DNA of 60,260 nt, filler included, from 5 parts of 5 records of this genome joined end to end with filler, not necessarily neighbours in it; one strand, 5' to 3'. Shown: positions 30,165-40,586, counted from the whole stretch's first letter. A program made the numbers and translations. Notes: generated by a model from the sequence alone, not told the origin.

Positions 30165-31172
30165 ATGCGTATGAAAATGTTCGCCGCCGAGACCTTCGAG
30201 GCTGCCAAGGCGATGATTTTTGCCGAGATGGGAGCCGATGCGGTCATCCTGTCCGAGCGCGAAATCGATGGCGGTGTGGAAGTCAGGGCGGCGGTCGACA
30301 AGATGGGCGGCGTCGGCATGGTTCCAAATGAGCCGCTGTTCCTGCGCGATGCGCGCGGAGGCGGCCACGGCCGGGGGTCCGAAAACCCACTGTTCAGCCG
30401 CGTGCGCGATGCGCTGCTCTGGCACGGTTCCCCTCAGCGCTTCGCAGATCGTGTGGCTGCGGAAGGCGCAGGCCGCGTCCAGCTGAAAGACCCGGAAGAG
30501 GCGATTGCCGAGGGTCTTGCCCGTATTGTGACATGCGATCCGCTGCCGGCGCGTCTCGACCGCGATATTCTTCTGGTCGGTCCCCCAGGACACGGCCGCA
30601 CGGCAACTGCCGCAAAGCTGACCCGCCGCGCCGCCATGGCGCGGGCGGAAGTCGCACCCGTTGCCGCCGATCTCGACGGAACCGCAGGCGGGGATCAGCT
30701 GGCCGCCTACCTGGAACGGGAAAAGGGCCAGATCCGCACCTGCCAATCGCCGGACGAGCTGTTCGGTACGCTCAAGCAGCTGAAATCCGAGAACCGCCGC
30801 TGCGTGATCGACCTGCCGGCGATCAATCCCTTCGATGACGATGACATGGCCAGCTTGCAGGACCTGATCTCGGTCATCCGTGCCGAGCCTGTTCTTGTCA
30901 TGTCAGCCGAAGGCCACCCGGATGACCAGCTCGAAGCCGCGCGCGGTTTCGCGCGAGCCGGAATCAAGCGGGCCATCGTCACTAAACTTGATGTTGTCCG
31001 AAGGAGGGGCGGGGCAATCTCTGCCTTGTCGTCGGCCGGCATTGCCTTCTCCCATCTTGCGGTCACCCCGTTCATCGGTGGCGGACTGGTCCCGGCAGCG
31101 CCCATGCGTCTTGCCGCCCTGTTGATGGAAGACGCCCCGGGCGACGTGATCGCCCTGAAAGGAGCCGCGTAA
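30165..31172 (+). CDS. flhF: FlhF-like SRP-type GTPase with degenerate motifs
   Basis: FlhF N-terminus MRMKMF.A....A...I..EMG.DAVILS; G1 GPPGHGRT...AKL; G4 TKLD; upstream of a MinD-like gene. Confidence 0.78.
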   Translation: MRMKMFAAETFEAAKAMIFAEMGADAVILSEREIDGGVEVRAAVDKMGGVGMVPNEPLFLRDARGGGHGRGSENPLFSRVRDALLWHGSPQRFADRVAAEGAGRVQLKDPEEAIAEGLARIVTCDPLPARLDRDILLVGPPGHGRTATAAKLTRRAAMARAEVAPVAADLDGTAGGDQLAAYLEREKGQIRTCQSPDELFGTLKQLKSENRRCVIDLPAINPFDDDDMASLQDLISVIRAEPVLVMSAEGHPDDQLEAARGFARAGIKRAIVTKLDVVRRRGGAISALSSAGIAFSHLAVTPFIGGGLVPAAPMRLAALLMEDAPGDVIALKGAA

Positions 31173-31176
31173 TCCC

Positions 31177-32019
31177 ATGAGTTTCATGATGCGCAAATCG
31201 CAGGAACGTCCGGCACCGCGGCCCACGCCGCGGCGGGTCGAGCCTGCTTCGATCATCGCGGTTGCGAGCGGGAAGGGCGGCGTCGGCAAGACGTTCATGG
31301 CCATCACGCTGGCATCGGCCTTCGCCCAAGCGGGTAAACGTACCTTGCTGGTGGATGGGGACCTTGGCCTGGCCAATGTCGACGTCCAGCTTGGCATAGC
31401 ACCTGAAACAGACCTCGCGGCGGTAATCGCCGGCTGGGTGGAGCTTGATGATGCGGTTACGCCGGTTGATGGCGGCGCCGCCGACGGCGGGTTCGATGTG
31501 TTGCCGGGCCGGTCAGGCTCTGGCGCACTGGCCGAACTGCCCCCGGAAGAAGTGGCCCGCCTGGCGGCCGGCCTCTCCGCGCTGGCCTTGCAATATGACC
31601 AGGTTGTGGTCGATCTCGGTGCCGGGATCGAAGCCAACTGCATGCGGCTTGCCCGCGCGGCCGACAAGGCGCTGATGGTGATCACGGACGAACCGACATC
31701 GATGACTGACGCCTACGCCTTCATCAAGGTGCTGCGCGGCTATGCACCGAATGTCGAGCCGGTGGTCTGCATCAACCAGGCCGACAGCCGTGCTGCCGGA
31801 CAACGGACTTATGAGGCTATTGCCCGGGCCTGCCAGACATTCCTCGGCTTCCGCCCGCATCTTGCTGGTGTGGTGATCCGCGACCCGAAGGTCCGCGATG
31901 CAATCCGTTGCCAGAAGACACTGATTTCCACAGATCCTCAGGCTCAACCCATCCAGGACGCCATCGCCATCAGCCAGATGCTGATCGGTGACGCCCCGGC
32001 AGCGGAGCTTGGCAATTAA
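31177..32019 (+). CDS. flhG: FlhG/FleN MinD-like ATPase
   Basis: SGKGGVGKT, DGDLGLANVD, VDLGAGI and EPTSMTDAYAFIK. Confidence 0.88.
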   Translation: MSFMMRKSQERPAPRPTPRRVEPASIIAVASGKGGVGKTFMAITLASAFAQAGKRTLLVDGDLGLANVDVQLGIAPETDLAAVIAGWVELDDAVTPVDGGAADGGFDVLPGRSGSGALAELPPEEVARLAAGLSALALQYDQVVVDLGAGIEANCMRLARAADKALMVITDEPTSMTDAYAFIKVLRGYAPNVEPVVCINQADSRAAGQRTYEAIARACQTFLGFRPHLAGVVIRDPKVRDAIRCQKTLISTDPQAQPIQDAIAISQMLIGDAPAAELGN

Positions 32020-32049
32020 TCTGTGTGAAGATTTGGGGGATTTCGCGGG

Positions 32050-32141
32050 GAATCGCAGGGCTCTGTTAACTAGTGTTAAAGAAACAGCCTATAGGATTCT
32101 CAGAGTTAATAAAAACGACTAGCTTGTCGTTAGGCTGATTC
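32050..32141 (+). promoter_or_regulatory. ctrA promoter region with an atypical CtrA site and CcrM (GANTC) sites
   Basis: TTAA-N6-TTAA at 32066-32079, TTAA at 32106, and GANTC at 32050, 32095 and 32137. Confidence 0.6.
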
Positions 32142-32153
32142 GGGAGACGACAC

Positions 32154-32867
32154 ATGCGCGTCCTGCTAATTGAAGACGATAGCGCCGTCGCGCGTTCCAT
32201 AGAGCTGATGCTGAAGTCTGCTGGCTTCAACATCTACACCACCGACCTCGGTGAAGAAGGTGTCGATCTTGGCAAGGTCTACGAGTACGACATGATCATC
32301 CTCGATCTGTCTCTGCCCGACATCTCCGGCTATGAAGTCCTCAAGCAGCTGCGCATGGGCCGCGTGAACACGCCGGTCATGATCCTCTCCGGCAACCCGG
32401 ATATCGAAGCGAAAGTCCGTACGCTGGGCTATGGCGCTGACGACTACCTCACCAAGCCGTTCAACAAGGACGAGCTGATCGCCCGCATCACCGCCATTGT
32501 GCGCCGCTCCAAAGGCCATGCCGAGAGCGTGATCCGCACGGGCGAGATCCTGGTGAACCTCGACGCCAAGACGGTGGAAGTGGACGGCGATCGCGTGCAC
32601 CTCACCGGCAAGGAATACCAGATGTTCGAGCTGCTTTCCCTCCGGAAGGGCACGACGCTGACCAAGGAAATGTTCCTCAACCACCTCTATGGCGGTATGG
32701 ATGAGCCGGAGCTGAAGATCATCGACGTCTTCATCTGTAAGCTCCGCAAGAAGCTGCAGCAGGCCACCGGCGGCAACCACTATATCGAAACGGTTTGGGG
32801 CCGCGGCTACGTCCTTCGCGACCCGCGCCCGAGTTCGAAGACGAGCGAGGTCGAAGAGGCCGCGTAA
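32154..32867 (+). CDS. ctrA: Cell-cycle master regulator CtrA
   Basis: [52 protein letters not shown] and a C-terminal AA (ClpXP-type degron). Confidence 0.97.
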   Translation: MRVLLIEDDSAVARSIELMLKSAGFNIYTTDLGEEGVDLGKVYEYDMIILDLSLPDISGYEVLKQLRMGRVNTPVMILSGNPDIEAKVRTLGYGADDYLTKPFNKDELIARITAIVRRSKGHAESVIRTGEILVNLDAKTVEVDGDRVHLTGKEYQMFELLSLRKGTTLTKEMFLNHLYGGMDEPELKIIDVFICKLRKKLQQATGGNHYIETVWGRGYVLRDPRPSSKTSEVEEAA

Positions 32868-32887
32868 AGCTGCCCTCAAGCGACAGA

Positions 32888-32924
32888 AATTCCGCCCCGG
32901 CCTTTGTGCCGGGGCGTTTTCGTT
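32888..32924 (+). terminator. Probable terminator after ctrA
   Basis: CGCCCCGGC-CTTTGT-GCCGGGGCG followed by TTTTCGTT. Confidence 0.7.
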
Positions 32925-32986
32925 GGGGTCCTTGGTTTCGTGCGCTCCGGGCTTGCAACACGTGGCAAATGCCTGACACTGGGCGC

Positions 32987-33595
32987 ATGTCACAGCGTTC
33001 TGCCGGCCCAGAGATTCTTCGCCTGATCGAGCTGATGTCCCGCCTGCCGGGCTTCGGGCCGCGTTCGGCACGCCGGGCGGCGCTGTTCCTGCTGAAGCGG
33101 CGTGATACGCTACTGCTTCCGCTGGCGGAGGCGATGTCCGATGCCGGGCATCGGATCGAAAAGTGCGAGGTCTGCGGCAATTATGATACGCTGCAGCCCT
33201 GCGCGGTATGCCAGTCGGGCGGGCGGGACGAAGGCCTGATCTGCGTTGTGGAAGATGTGCCGGACCTCTGGGCGCTGGAGCGGGGCGGGTCTTACAAGGG
33301 GCGTTACCATGTCCTTGGCGGGGTCATGTCCGCTGTGGATGGTGTCACGCCTGATGACCTGAATATTCCTTCGCTCATTTCGCGCGTGGACGCCGGCGGT
33401 GTGCGCGAGGTCATTCTCGCCCTCAACGCGACGTTTGAGGGGCAGAACACGGCGCACTATGTGGCGGATCAGCTGGCCGGGAAGGGCGTGCAGGTCACCT
33501 ATCTCGCCCACGGCGTGCCGGTGGGCGGAGAGCTGGATCACCTGGATGATGGCACGCTCGCCGCCGCGCTGCGGGCCCGGCGGACGAGCGAATAA
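32987..33595 (+). CDS. recR: Recombination mediator RecR
   Basis: [12 protein letters not shown]4 zinc finger, ICVVED, YHVLGG and [14 protein letters not shown]. Confidence 0.96.
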   Translation: MSQRSAGPEILRLIELMSRLPGFGPRSARRAALFLLKRRDTLLLPLAEAMSDAGHRIEKCEVCGNYDTLQPCAVCQSGGRDEGLICVVEDVPDLWALERGGSYKGRYHVLGGVMSAVDGVTPDDLNIPSLISRVDAGGVREVILALNATFEGQNTAHYVADQLAGKGVQVTYLAHGVPVGGELDHLDDGTLAAALRARRTSE

Positions 33596-33601
33596 GCGGC
33601 G

Positions 33602-34738
33602 CTATTCCGCGACGTCGACGCGGAAGATGCCGTCCATATCCTTGGTTGCGATATAGAGGTGTCCGTCAGGTGACTGGGCCACGTCGCGGATCGGATACTC
33701 ATCCTTGAACAGGTTCTCACGTTCGGCCACAGCGCCGTCGGCCATCCGGATGCGGACAAGCACCATGCCGGCAGGGCCATTCATGCCGCCGACGAAGAAG
33801 TCGCCCTTCCAGCCGGGATAGATATCGCTGGTCAGCCGGGTCAGACCGGACGGAGCGATCGAAGGCACCCAATAGGTGAGGGGCTGTTCCATGCCTTCCT
33901 TCTCGGTTTCCTCGGTGATGATGGTCCCATCATAGTTCACACCATAGGTGATGACCGGCCAGCCATAGTTCGCGCCTGGCTTGATGATATTGAACTCATC
34001 GCCGCCCTTCGGGCCATGCTCTGTTTCATACAGCGTGCCTTCCGCCTTGTCGTAATAGAGCCCCTGAATGTTGCGGTGCCCATAGGAATAGACTGCCGGA
34101 TTTCCGCCGGCACCGTCGGCAAATGGATTGTCAGCCGGAATGGTCCCGTCGGAATTGATGCGGATCAGAGACCCGTGCGTGATCTTCGGGTCCTGGGCGT
34201 CCTTCATGTATTTGAAGCCTTCACCGAGCGAGACGAATAGCGTTCCGTCATTGGCAAACTGTAGGCGGCCGCCGAAGTGATAGGCCGTGTCACGCGAGTC
34301 GGCGCGGAAGATCTCGGTCAGGTCTTCCAGTGCTGTGTTGTCATCGCTGAGCCGGGCCCGAACGACTGCCGTCCCATTATCGGCTTCGGTGCCCTGGGCA
34401 TAAGCGACATAGATCAGCCGATTGGCGTCAAAATCGGGGTCCAGTGTGATCCCGAAATAACCGCCCTGTCCTTCAGTCAGGGCAGGGGGCATCCCTGCGA
34501 CAGGCGCGGCCTCACCCTGGCCGACTGCGACATAATTCAGCCCGCCGTCTTTCTCGGTGAACAGGAGGTCACCGTTCGGCAGGAAGGCCAGACCCCAGGG
34601 GAATTCCGCTTCAACGACGGGCGTCAAGGTTACATCGAGATCGCTGGTGACCTCCGTCACGGAAGGTCCGGCGGCGGAACTGGCGCTGCATGCGGAAAGG
34701 GCGAAGGCAGAAACAAGGCCGACGAAGGTCAGGCGCAT
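33602..34738 (-). CDS. PQQ-dependent sugar dehydrogenase (GSDH family) lipoprotein
   Basis: Lipobox LSAC, PWGLAFLP, HFGGRL, YGHRNIQG, EHGPKGGDE and NYGWP. Confidence 0.9.
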   Translation of the reverse strand: MRLTFVGLVSAFALSACSASSAAGPSVTEVTSDLDVTLTPVVEAEFPWGLAFLPNGDLLFTEKDGGLNYVAVGQGEAAPVAGMPPALTEGQGGYFGITLDPDFDANRLIYVAYAQGTEADNGTAVVRARLSDDNTALEDLTEIFRADSRDTAYHFGGRLQFANDGTLFVSLGEGFKYMKDAQDPKITHGSLIRINSDGTIPADNPFADGAGGNPAVYSYGHRNIQGLYYDKAEGTLYETEHGPKGGDEFNIIKPGANYGWPVITYGVNYDGTIITEETEKEGMEQPLTYWVPSIAPSGLTRLTSDIYPGWKGDFFVGGMNGPAGMVLVRIRMADGAVAERENLFKDEYPIRDVAQSPDGHLYIATKDMDGIFRVDVAE

Positions 34739-34808
34739 TGGGCGTCTCCGGATCTGGTGGGTGTGAATATGGGGCGCAACATAGGGCAGGCCGGGCGGGA
34801 GACCAAAC

Positions 34809-34836
34809 AAAAAGGGCGGCCCATGCCGGGCCGCCC
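34809..34836 (-). terminator. Intrinsic terminator after TonB-dependent receptor 1
   Basis: GGGCGGCCC-N5-GGGCCGCCC with a U-tract on the minus strand. Confidence 0.75.
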
Positions 34837-34862
34837 CAATCTGTTGTGTTACCTGAAGCGCC

Positions 34863-37787
34863 TTACCAGGACTTCTTGAGCGTGACGCCATAGAGCGCCG
34901 GCTCGGTCAGGAAGACGTTGGTGTAGAGGCCGGAGGAGTCATCGGTCAGGTAGTTACCGGTGATGACTTCTTCGTCCGTCAGGTTCTTGGCGAAGATTTC
35001 CACGCCCCAGCCGGTCTCTTCATTGTCGAAGAGGATCGACAGGTTCACGTTGGACCAGGAGTCCAGCTGGTCGCGCTGGGTGTTCCAGATCCGGCTGAAG
35101 CTGTCGGCCTGCCAGTAGTAGTCGCCGCGGATGGTCATGCTCCAGTTGGAGTTCCCGAGGGACGGGAAGGTATATTCCGCTGCGAGGTTCAGCGTCGTGT
35201 CCGGCGCACCCGGCAGGGAGTTGCCATCGACGTTCTTCGCGTCGCCTTCGAACGCCTGCAGCAGGCTGGCTGTCTGCGTCTGTCCATTCGAGTCGGTGTA
35301 CGTCACCGTCTGTCCGGTCAGGCCAAGCAGGGCTTCCAGGTTACCGAGACCGCCAACGCCAGCGGCGAGGGCACCATTACATAGGCCACGGGTGGAACCT
35401 GCTGGCAGGGCATTCGCTGCGATGGCGCCGAGAACCGTCGCATAGCCTTGAGCCGAAACCACACAGTTGGAATAGGACGAGGCATTCTTCAGCACCACAA
35501 GGTCGGACCGGCCATTGGCGCGGTCGAGCACGTCGATGCCATAGGTATCCACGACATTCGCATCCAGCAGACCGAGGTTCGCCGTCAGCAGCCAGTTCTC
35601 AGCCGGCGTCCAGAGAGCTTCGACTTCAAGGCCCTGGATTTCAGCATCCACGTTGATGTTCACCGACGAGCGGTTGATGATCTGCGTGATCTGATAGCCC
35701 TGATAGTCATACATGAAGCCCGTGACGTTCAGTTGGGCTGTGCCCCCCATAATGGTGTTCTTCGTACCGATCTCGTAGGAGTTCACGAATTCCGGGTCGA
35801 AGGTCTGCGGGAATGCATTTGCGTTGTCCGCCGGTTGCGGTGGGTTGATACCGCCGCCCTTATAGCCTTTCGAGTAGAAGGCGTAGATCAAAGTGTCTTC
35901 GGTGAAGCTGAGGTCAGGTTTCCAGTCGACACCGAAACGGCCGGTGACTTCCTTGTCTTGCGTGTTCAGCGTGCCGTCGCCACCATTATCCGGCGAAGCG
36001 CCGACAATCGGTTGCGGTTGCAGAGGGTCGAAACCCGGGGCGCGCGGAACGAAGAGGAACGACGGAATGACATCCTGTTCTTTCTTGTCGTCCGTATAAC
36101 GAAGGCCAAGAGTGAACTTCAGGGAGTCCGATGCTTCGAAGTATCCCTCGCCGAACACGGCAGTGGAGTTCAGGCGGTACGGGGAGAGCGACCGGAATTG
36201 CTCGCCGCCGTCGCCATTCATCGAACCATTGAACAGGCCGAGGTTTCCGGCGCTGCCGGAATCCAGCGGGATGTTGCCGCCGAAGATAGATCCGCCAAGT
36301 GCGTTGTTGAGCTGGACCAGGGCCGTCAACGAGTTCGACATCACATAATAGCCGGCGCGGTTGTCGTAAGGATCAATCGCGTCGAAGTCGACCTTGATGG
36401 CACCGAGGTTGAAGTTGAACGGACCGTCGAAATCCGACTGCAGACGGATTTCATGCGTATCCTGCTCGCTCGCCCCGCCGGATTCATCGAAGGTCCGGAA
36501 CAGGTTGGACACGCCAAGCTGCGGATCGCTCACCACGCCACCCGGGAACAGAAGATCGTAAACCGCTTCATAACCGGGGGCCAGGAAGAACGGACCGGCC
36601 GTTTCATTGAACGCGATGGTCGGCGCAACCTTGTTGTAGTCCTCAATCGAGGAAGAGGAGGTTTCCGAGTGGCTGCCCAGATAGGTGAGGAGCAGGCTGT
36701 CGGTGATGTTCCACTCGCCTTTCCAGGTGATCAGGTCCTGGTCGGCTTCATACATCGGGTCGAAGGCTGACTCGATGGTGCGCAGGTCCGGATTGACCGG
36801 ATCGGTGAAGGCGTCGCCGTTCAGCAGGCCTGCGATGATGGCTAGGCCGCCACCGAGGGTGCCTTGCGAATTCACACGATCCTTCGACTGGCTGAGCGGT
36901 GCATCCTGACAGCCAAGCGACGTGGCGAGCTGGTCAAGCGGCGAGACGGCAATGCCGGCGTAGCTCGAGAAGCCCGGATCTTTCTTACACAGCTGCTTGC
37001 CGGAGCGCAGGCGGCTGTCATCTTCTTCGAAGTGCTCAAACGAGACCCAGCCGCGCAGATTGTCGAATGGCTCGATGGCGAACGTGGCACGGTAGCTCGA
37101 CAGGTCACGATCATCGACATCGTTGCCGGTCACAGAGTTATTCACATAGCCATCACGCTGCAGGACCGAGCCGGCCAGACGCAGGGCTGCTTTTTCGCCG
37201 AGCGGCAGGTTGACCATGCCCTTGGCTTTGAAGGTGTTGTGGTTGCCATAGGTGAGTTCGGCATCAGCCTGGAATTCGCCCAGCACCGGCTTGGCGGTGA
37301 TCAGGTTGAACACGCCGCCCGTGGCGTTCCGTCCGTACAGGGTCCCTTGGGGGCCCCGCAGCACCTCGACCCGTTCAACATCATAGAATTCAGCTTCGAA
37401 GAGACGGTTTGCCGTCAGCGGCACATCGTTCTGGTGGATGCCGACCCCCGCATCGCCCGACTGGGCGACCACGTCAGCACCGATGCCGCGGATCTTGAAG
37501 TTGAAGCCTGTGAAGTTGCCCTTGGTGAAGGACACGTTCGGGATGGATTTGACGAGGTCAGGACCACCGGTCAGCTGCAGGCGCTCAAGCGCACTCTCGT
37601 CAAAGGCGGAAACGGCGATTGGAACATCCTGGATGGATTCCTCGACCTTCTGGGTCGTCACCGTCACGGTCGAAAGTGTTCTGGTGCCCTCGTCTTCCTG
37701 AGCCACTGCGGCAGGTGCCAGCAGGCCCATTGCAAGCACTGACGCGCCAGCAAGCCAGATACATTTCGAGTCTCTGTTTTTGATCAT
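34863..37787 (-). CDS. TonB-dependent receptor, 974 aa
   Basis: Signal peptide, TonB box TVTVTTQK, plug VEVLRGPQGTLYGRNATGG and C-terminal aromatic residue (W). Confidence 0.93.
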   Translation of the reverse strand: MIKNRDSKCIWLAGASVLAMGLLAPAAVAQEDEGTRTLSTVTVTTQKVEESIQDVPIAVSAFDESALERLQLTGGPDLVKSIPNVSFTKGNFTGFNFKIRGIGADVVAQSGDAGVGIHQNDVPLTANRLFEAEFYDVERVEVLRGPQGTLYGRNATGGVFNLITAKPVLGEFQADAELTYGNHNTFKAKGMVNLPLGEKAALRLAGSVLQRDGYVNNSVTGNDVDDRDLSSYRATFAIEPFDNLRGWVSFEHFEEDDSRLRSGKQLCKKDPGFSSYAGIAVSPLDQLATSLGCQDAPLSQSKDRVNSQGTLGGGLAIIAGLLNGDAFTDPVNPDLRTIESAFDPMYEADQDLITWKGEWNITDSLLLTYLGSHSETSSSSIEDYNKVAPTIAFNETAGPFFLAPGYEAVYDLLFPGGVVSDPQLGVSNLFRTFDESGGASEQDTHEIRLQSDFDGPFNFNLGAIKVDFDAIDPYDNRAGYYVMSNSLTALVQLNNALGGSIFGGNIPLDSGSAGNLGLFNGSMNGDGGEQFRSLSPYRLNSTAVFGEGYFEASDSLKFTLGLRYTDDKKEQDVIPSFLFVPRAPGFDPLQPQPIVGASPDNGGDGTLNTQDKEVTGRFGVDWKPDLSFTEDTLIYAFYSKGYKGGGINPPQPADNANAFPQTFDPEFVNSYEIGTKNTIMGGTAQLNVTGFMYDYQGYQITQIINRSSVNINVDAEIQGLEVEALWTPAENWLLTANLGLLDANVVDTYGIDVLDRANGRSDLVVLKNASSYSNCVVSAQGYATVLGAIAANALPAGSTRGLCNGALAAGVGGLGNLEALLGLTGQTVTYTDSNGQTQTASLLQAFEGDAKNVDGNSLPGAPDTTLNLAAEYTFPSLGNSNWSMTIRGDYYWQADSFSRIWNTQRDQLDSWSNVNLSILFDNEETGWGVEIFAKNLTDEEVITGNYLTDDSSGLYTNVFLTEPALYGVTLKKSW

Positions 37788-37947
37788 TTAATTTTTCCTC
37801 CCCTCGGGCCAGCGGAATTGCAGGCGTCGAGCAATTGTCTGAGCTGTCTCTTTTCGGACATGCTTCAGAATCTATCGAATGGCAGCCGCGAGGGAAAGTC
37901 AATATTTTCAGTTGGAACGTTTGGCCTGGTGGACCCTACGTAAAGGC

Positions 37948-37981
37948 AAAAAATAAGCGGTGTCCGGGCCCGGACACCGCT
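37948..37981 (-). terminator. Terminator formed by a perfect 26-bp palindrome after TonB-dependent receptor 2
   Basis: AGCGGTGTCCGGGCCCGGACACCGCT (37956-37981) followed by TATTTTTT on the minus strand. Confidence 0.75.
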
Positions 37982-38010
37982 CAGGATGCAAATTTGTACC
38001 TTACGAGACC

Positions 38011-40586
38011 CTAGAAGCGTGTCCTCAAAGTCACACCATAAGTGGCCGGTTCCTGCAGGTAGACCCCGCGGGCAGGGCCGCGCAGCGGAACGCTGAAGGT
38101 CACAGCCTTGGTCGACTCATCGAACACATTGTTCCCCCAGACTTCGAAGGTCCAACGTTCGTCCGCCGAGGAGATGCCGGCCCGGAGGTTCAGCTTCGCG
38201 TTCTCACCCTGCCAGTCACCTTCGAGTGGCACGCCATTGTCATCGACGGCCTGGGTGGAGGTCCGGCGTTCCGACTCGGTGCGGACGTTGCCGGTCAGGA
38301 AATAGCCCATGCCGTTCGCCATCTGGTCTTCCCAGGTCAGTCCCAGGAGGCCGACCCATTCCGGTGCATTGGTCAGCTTGAATCCGCACAGGCGGTTCAC
38401 CGGGTTTGACGGATCATACCCGCCCGGCGCGCAATCCTCAGGATAATAGGCATCGGTATAGGTAATGGCGGCATTCGTGCTGAGCCGGTCCGTGAGCGCG
38501 TTCTGGACTTCGAATTCGAAGCCGTTGCTGACCACTTTCGGGACGTTGAACGTCTGGAACTGCACGCCGGTGAATTCGAGAACCTGGAAGTCCTCCATTT
38601 CCTGACGGAACACGGCGAGGTCAAACCGTCCCCGGCCATCATTGAAGGCGCCTTTCAGGCCAGCTTCAAGCGCGTCGATCTTTTCGGAATCGAAGCGCGG
38701 ATCCGCCCCTCCGGCTGCGGCCGTGGAGTCGAGGTTGAAGCCGCCGGATTTGAAGCCATGGGTCAGGCCGGCATAGAAGTTCACGTCATCCGTGATCCGT
38801 GCGCCAATCTTGACCGTGTAGACCAGTTCTTCGTCCTCGAACGTGTCGTCGAACGTCCGTGGCAACGGAAGGAAGGCAGAAGCTGGCGTATCTGCCTCGG
38901 TCGCGAAGGGGAAGCAGGTTGCTCCGAGTGCGCTTTGGGCGAGGGCCGCAAGCGTCCCCGGATAGGCGCCGGCCAGCAGGCCGTTTGCGATGTTCACACA
39001 GGTCGGGGAGCTGGCGGAGAGCTGGTAAAGGCACCGTCCTTGGTTTCTTCGACATAGCGCAGGCCAACTGTCAGGTTCAGCCCGTCCGTGATCTCGAACA
39101 CGTTGTGCGTAAAGATCGACAGGGACTCGGCGTCCTGGGTGTAGAGGTTGTCGGCATAGCTGCCGGCCGGGTCCACACCGCCAAGCGCGGCCGGGATGTT
39201 CCCTCCGAAGCCTGTGGCAACCGTGGCGGCACCGAGCGACGGCACGAACAGGGCCGACACATACCGGCCATAGTCGCCGCCGAGGGTCATCAGCGCGCGT
39301 TCCTCGATCTCTTCTTCCGAATAGTAGGCGCCGAGCAGCCAGTCGAGACGGCCATCGAAAGCAAGGCCCTGGAACCGGAGTTCATGGGTCGTCGTCTTGA
39401 TGTCGTCATAGGACGGTTGAACATTCGCCGCGGCGAACGGAGTCGAGTTGTCACCAACCTGGAATACGTCGAGTCCGACAAAGTCAGAGTGCTGAATGGA
39501 TTCAGCCTTGAAGCTGCGGTACGCGCCGATATAGGTCATGTCCGCAGGGCCAAGATCCCACTCCAGCGTGGCAGAGATGCCGGACTGTTCGAACGGGTTC
39601 TGGAACTGCTCGCCGTTGGTGATGCCTTTCTTCTGGGCCCGGAAGCCGGACTCCAGCACACCGCCATTCGCCGGCAGGCCGACAGCGGCATAGATGCCGG
39701 CATCGCCCAGCGGATCACGGACGACCGGGGCATCGCAGCACTGCTCATCGGCTTCGGAATAGTCCGCGATGATCCGCAGCGAAGCGTCCGGATTGATTTG
39801 CCACAAGGCTTGCCCGCGGACGATCCAGCGGTCCCGCGTATAGCTTTCGGCACCGGTGGTACTTTCTGCCAGCGCGTCGCGCGTGCGGTAGGCACCGGAC
39901 AGACGGACAGCCAGCTTGTCTTCCACGATTGGCGCGCTGAAACCGCCCTGGACATTCACCAGGCCGAGATTGCCGGCCGTGACGTTTGCAAACCCGTCCA
40001 TTTCTTTCAGGTCCGGGGCCTTGGTCGTGATGTTCAGGGCACCGGCAGATGTGTTACGGCCGAATAGCGTGCCTTGCGGACCGCGCAGGACCTCGATCTG
40101 CTGAAGGTCGACCAGGTCTCCCAGGGCGACGCCTGGACGTGACAGGTAGACGCCATCGAGGAACACGCCGACGGCGCTTTCCAGACCGATATTGTTGCCG
40201 GTGGTACCGACACCGCGGATGCGGAGCGAGGCGCCCTGCGATTCCGTTTGTGTCGAGTTCATGTTGAAGCTGGCCGAAAGATTGTCCAGCGAGCGAAGGT
40301 CGGCCACGCCCTGGCGTTCGATTTCCAGGGGGCTGATGGCGGTGACTGCCAGTGGCACGTCGAGGATGCTCTGCTCGCGGCGCGTCGCGGTCACCTGCAC
40401 AACAGCGAGACGTTTGTCTTCTTCAGCGGCGGGCGTGGAGGCGGCGGGAGGAGCAGCTTCTTCAACGGTGGTGGCGGTGTTCTGTGCGTCTGCTTCCTGT
40501 GCCAGCGCCGGGGCCTGTATCAGGCTCAATACGGCGGCAGAGGCACCTGCCAGCAAGACGCACTTAGGTTGTCGGTTCAGTTTCAA
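38011..40586 (-). pseudogene. TonB-dependent receptor split by a 1-nt frameshift near 39026 (pseudogene or sequencing error)
   Basis: The N-half has the plug motif EVLRGPQGTLFGRN and the C-half ends in LRTRF. Adding one base joins them as ...KDGAF[x]QLSASSPTCVNIANG. TTG start after SD GGGGAGG. Confidence 0.8.

Noticed and set aside
38994-39035. Programmed ribosomal frameshift in the TonB-dependent receptor
   Set aside because: No X XXY YYZ slippery heptamer or clear stimulatory structure. A simple indel is the simpler explanation.
35448-40067. Long plus-strand ORFs (440, 292 and 402 aa) opposite the TonB-dependent receptors
   Set aside because: Antisense shadows with no independent signals.
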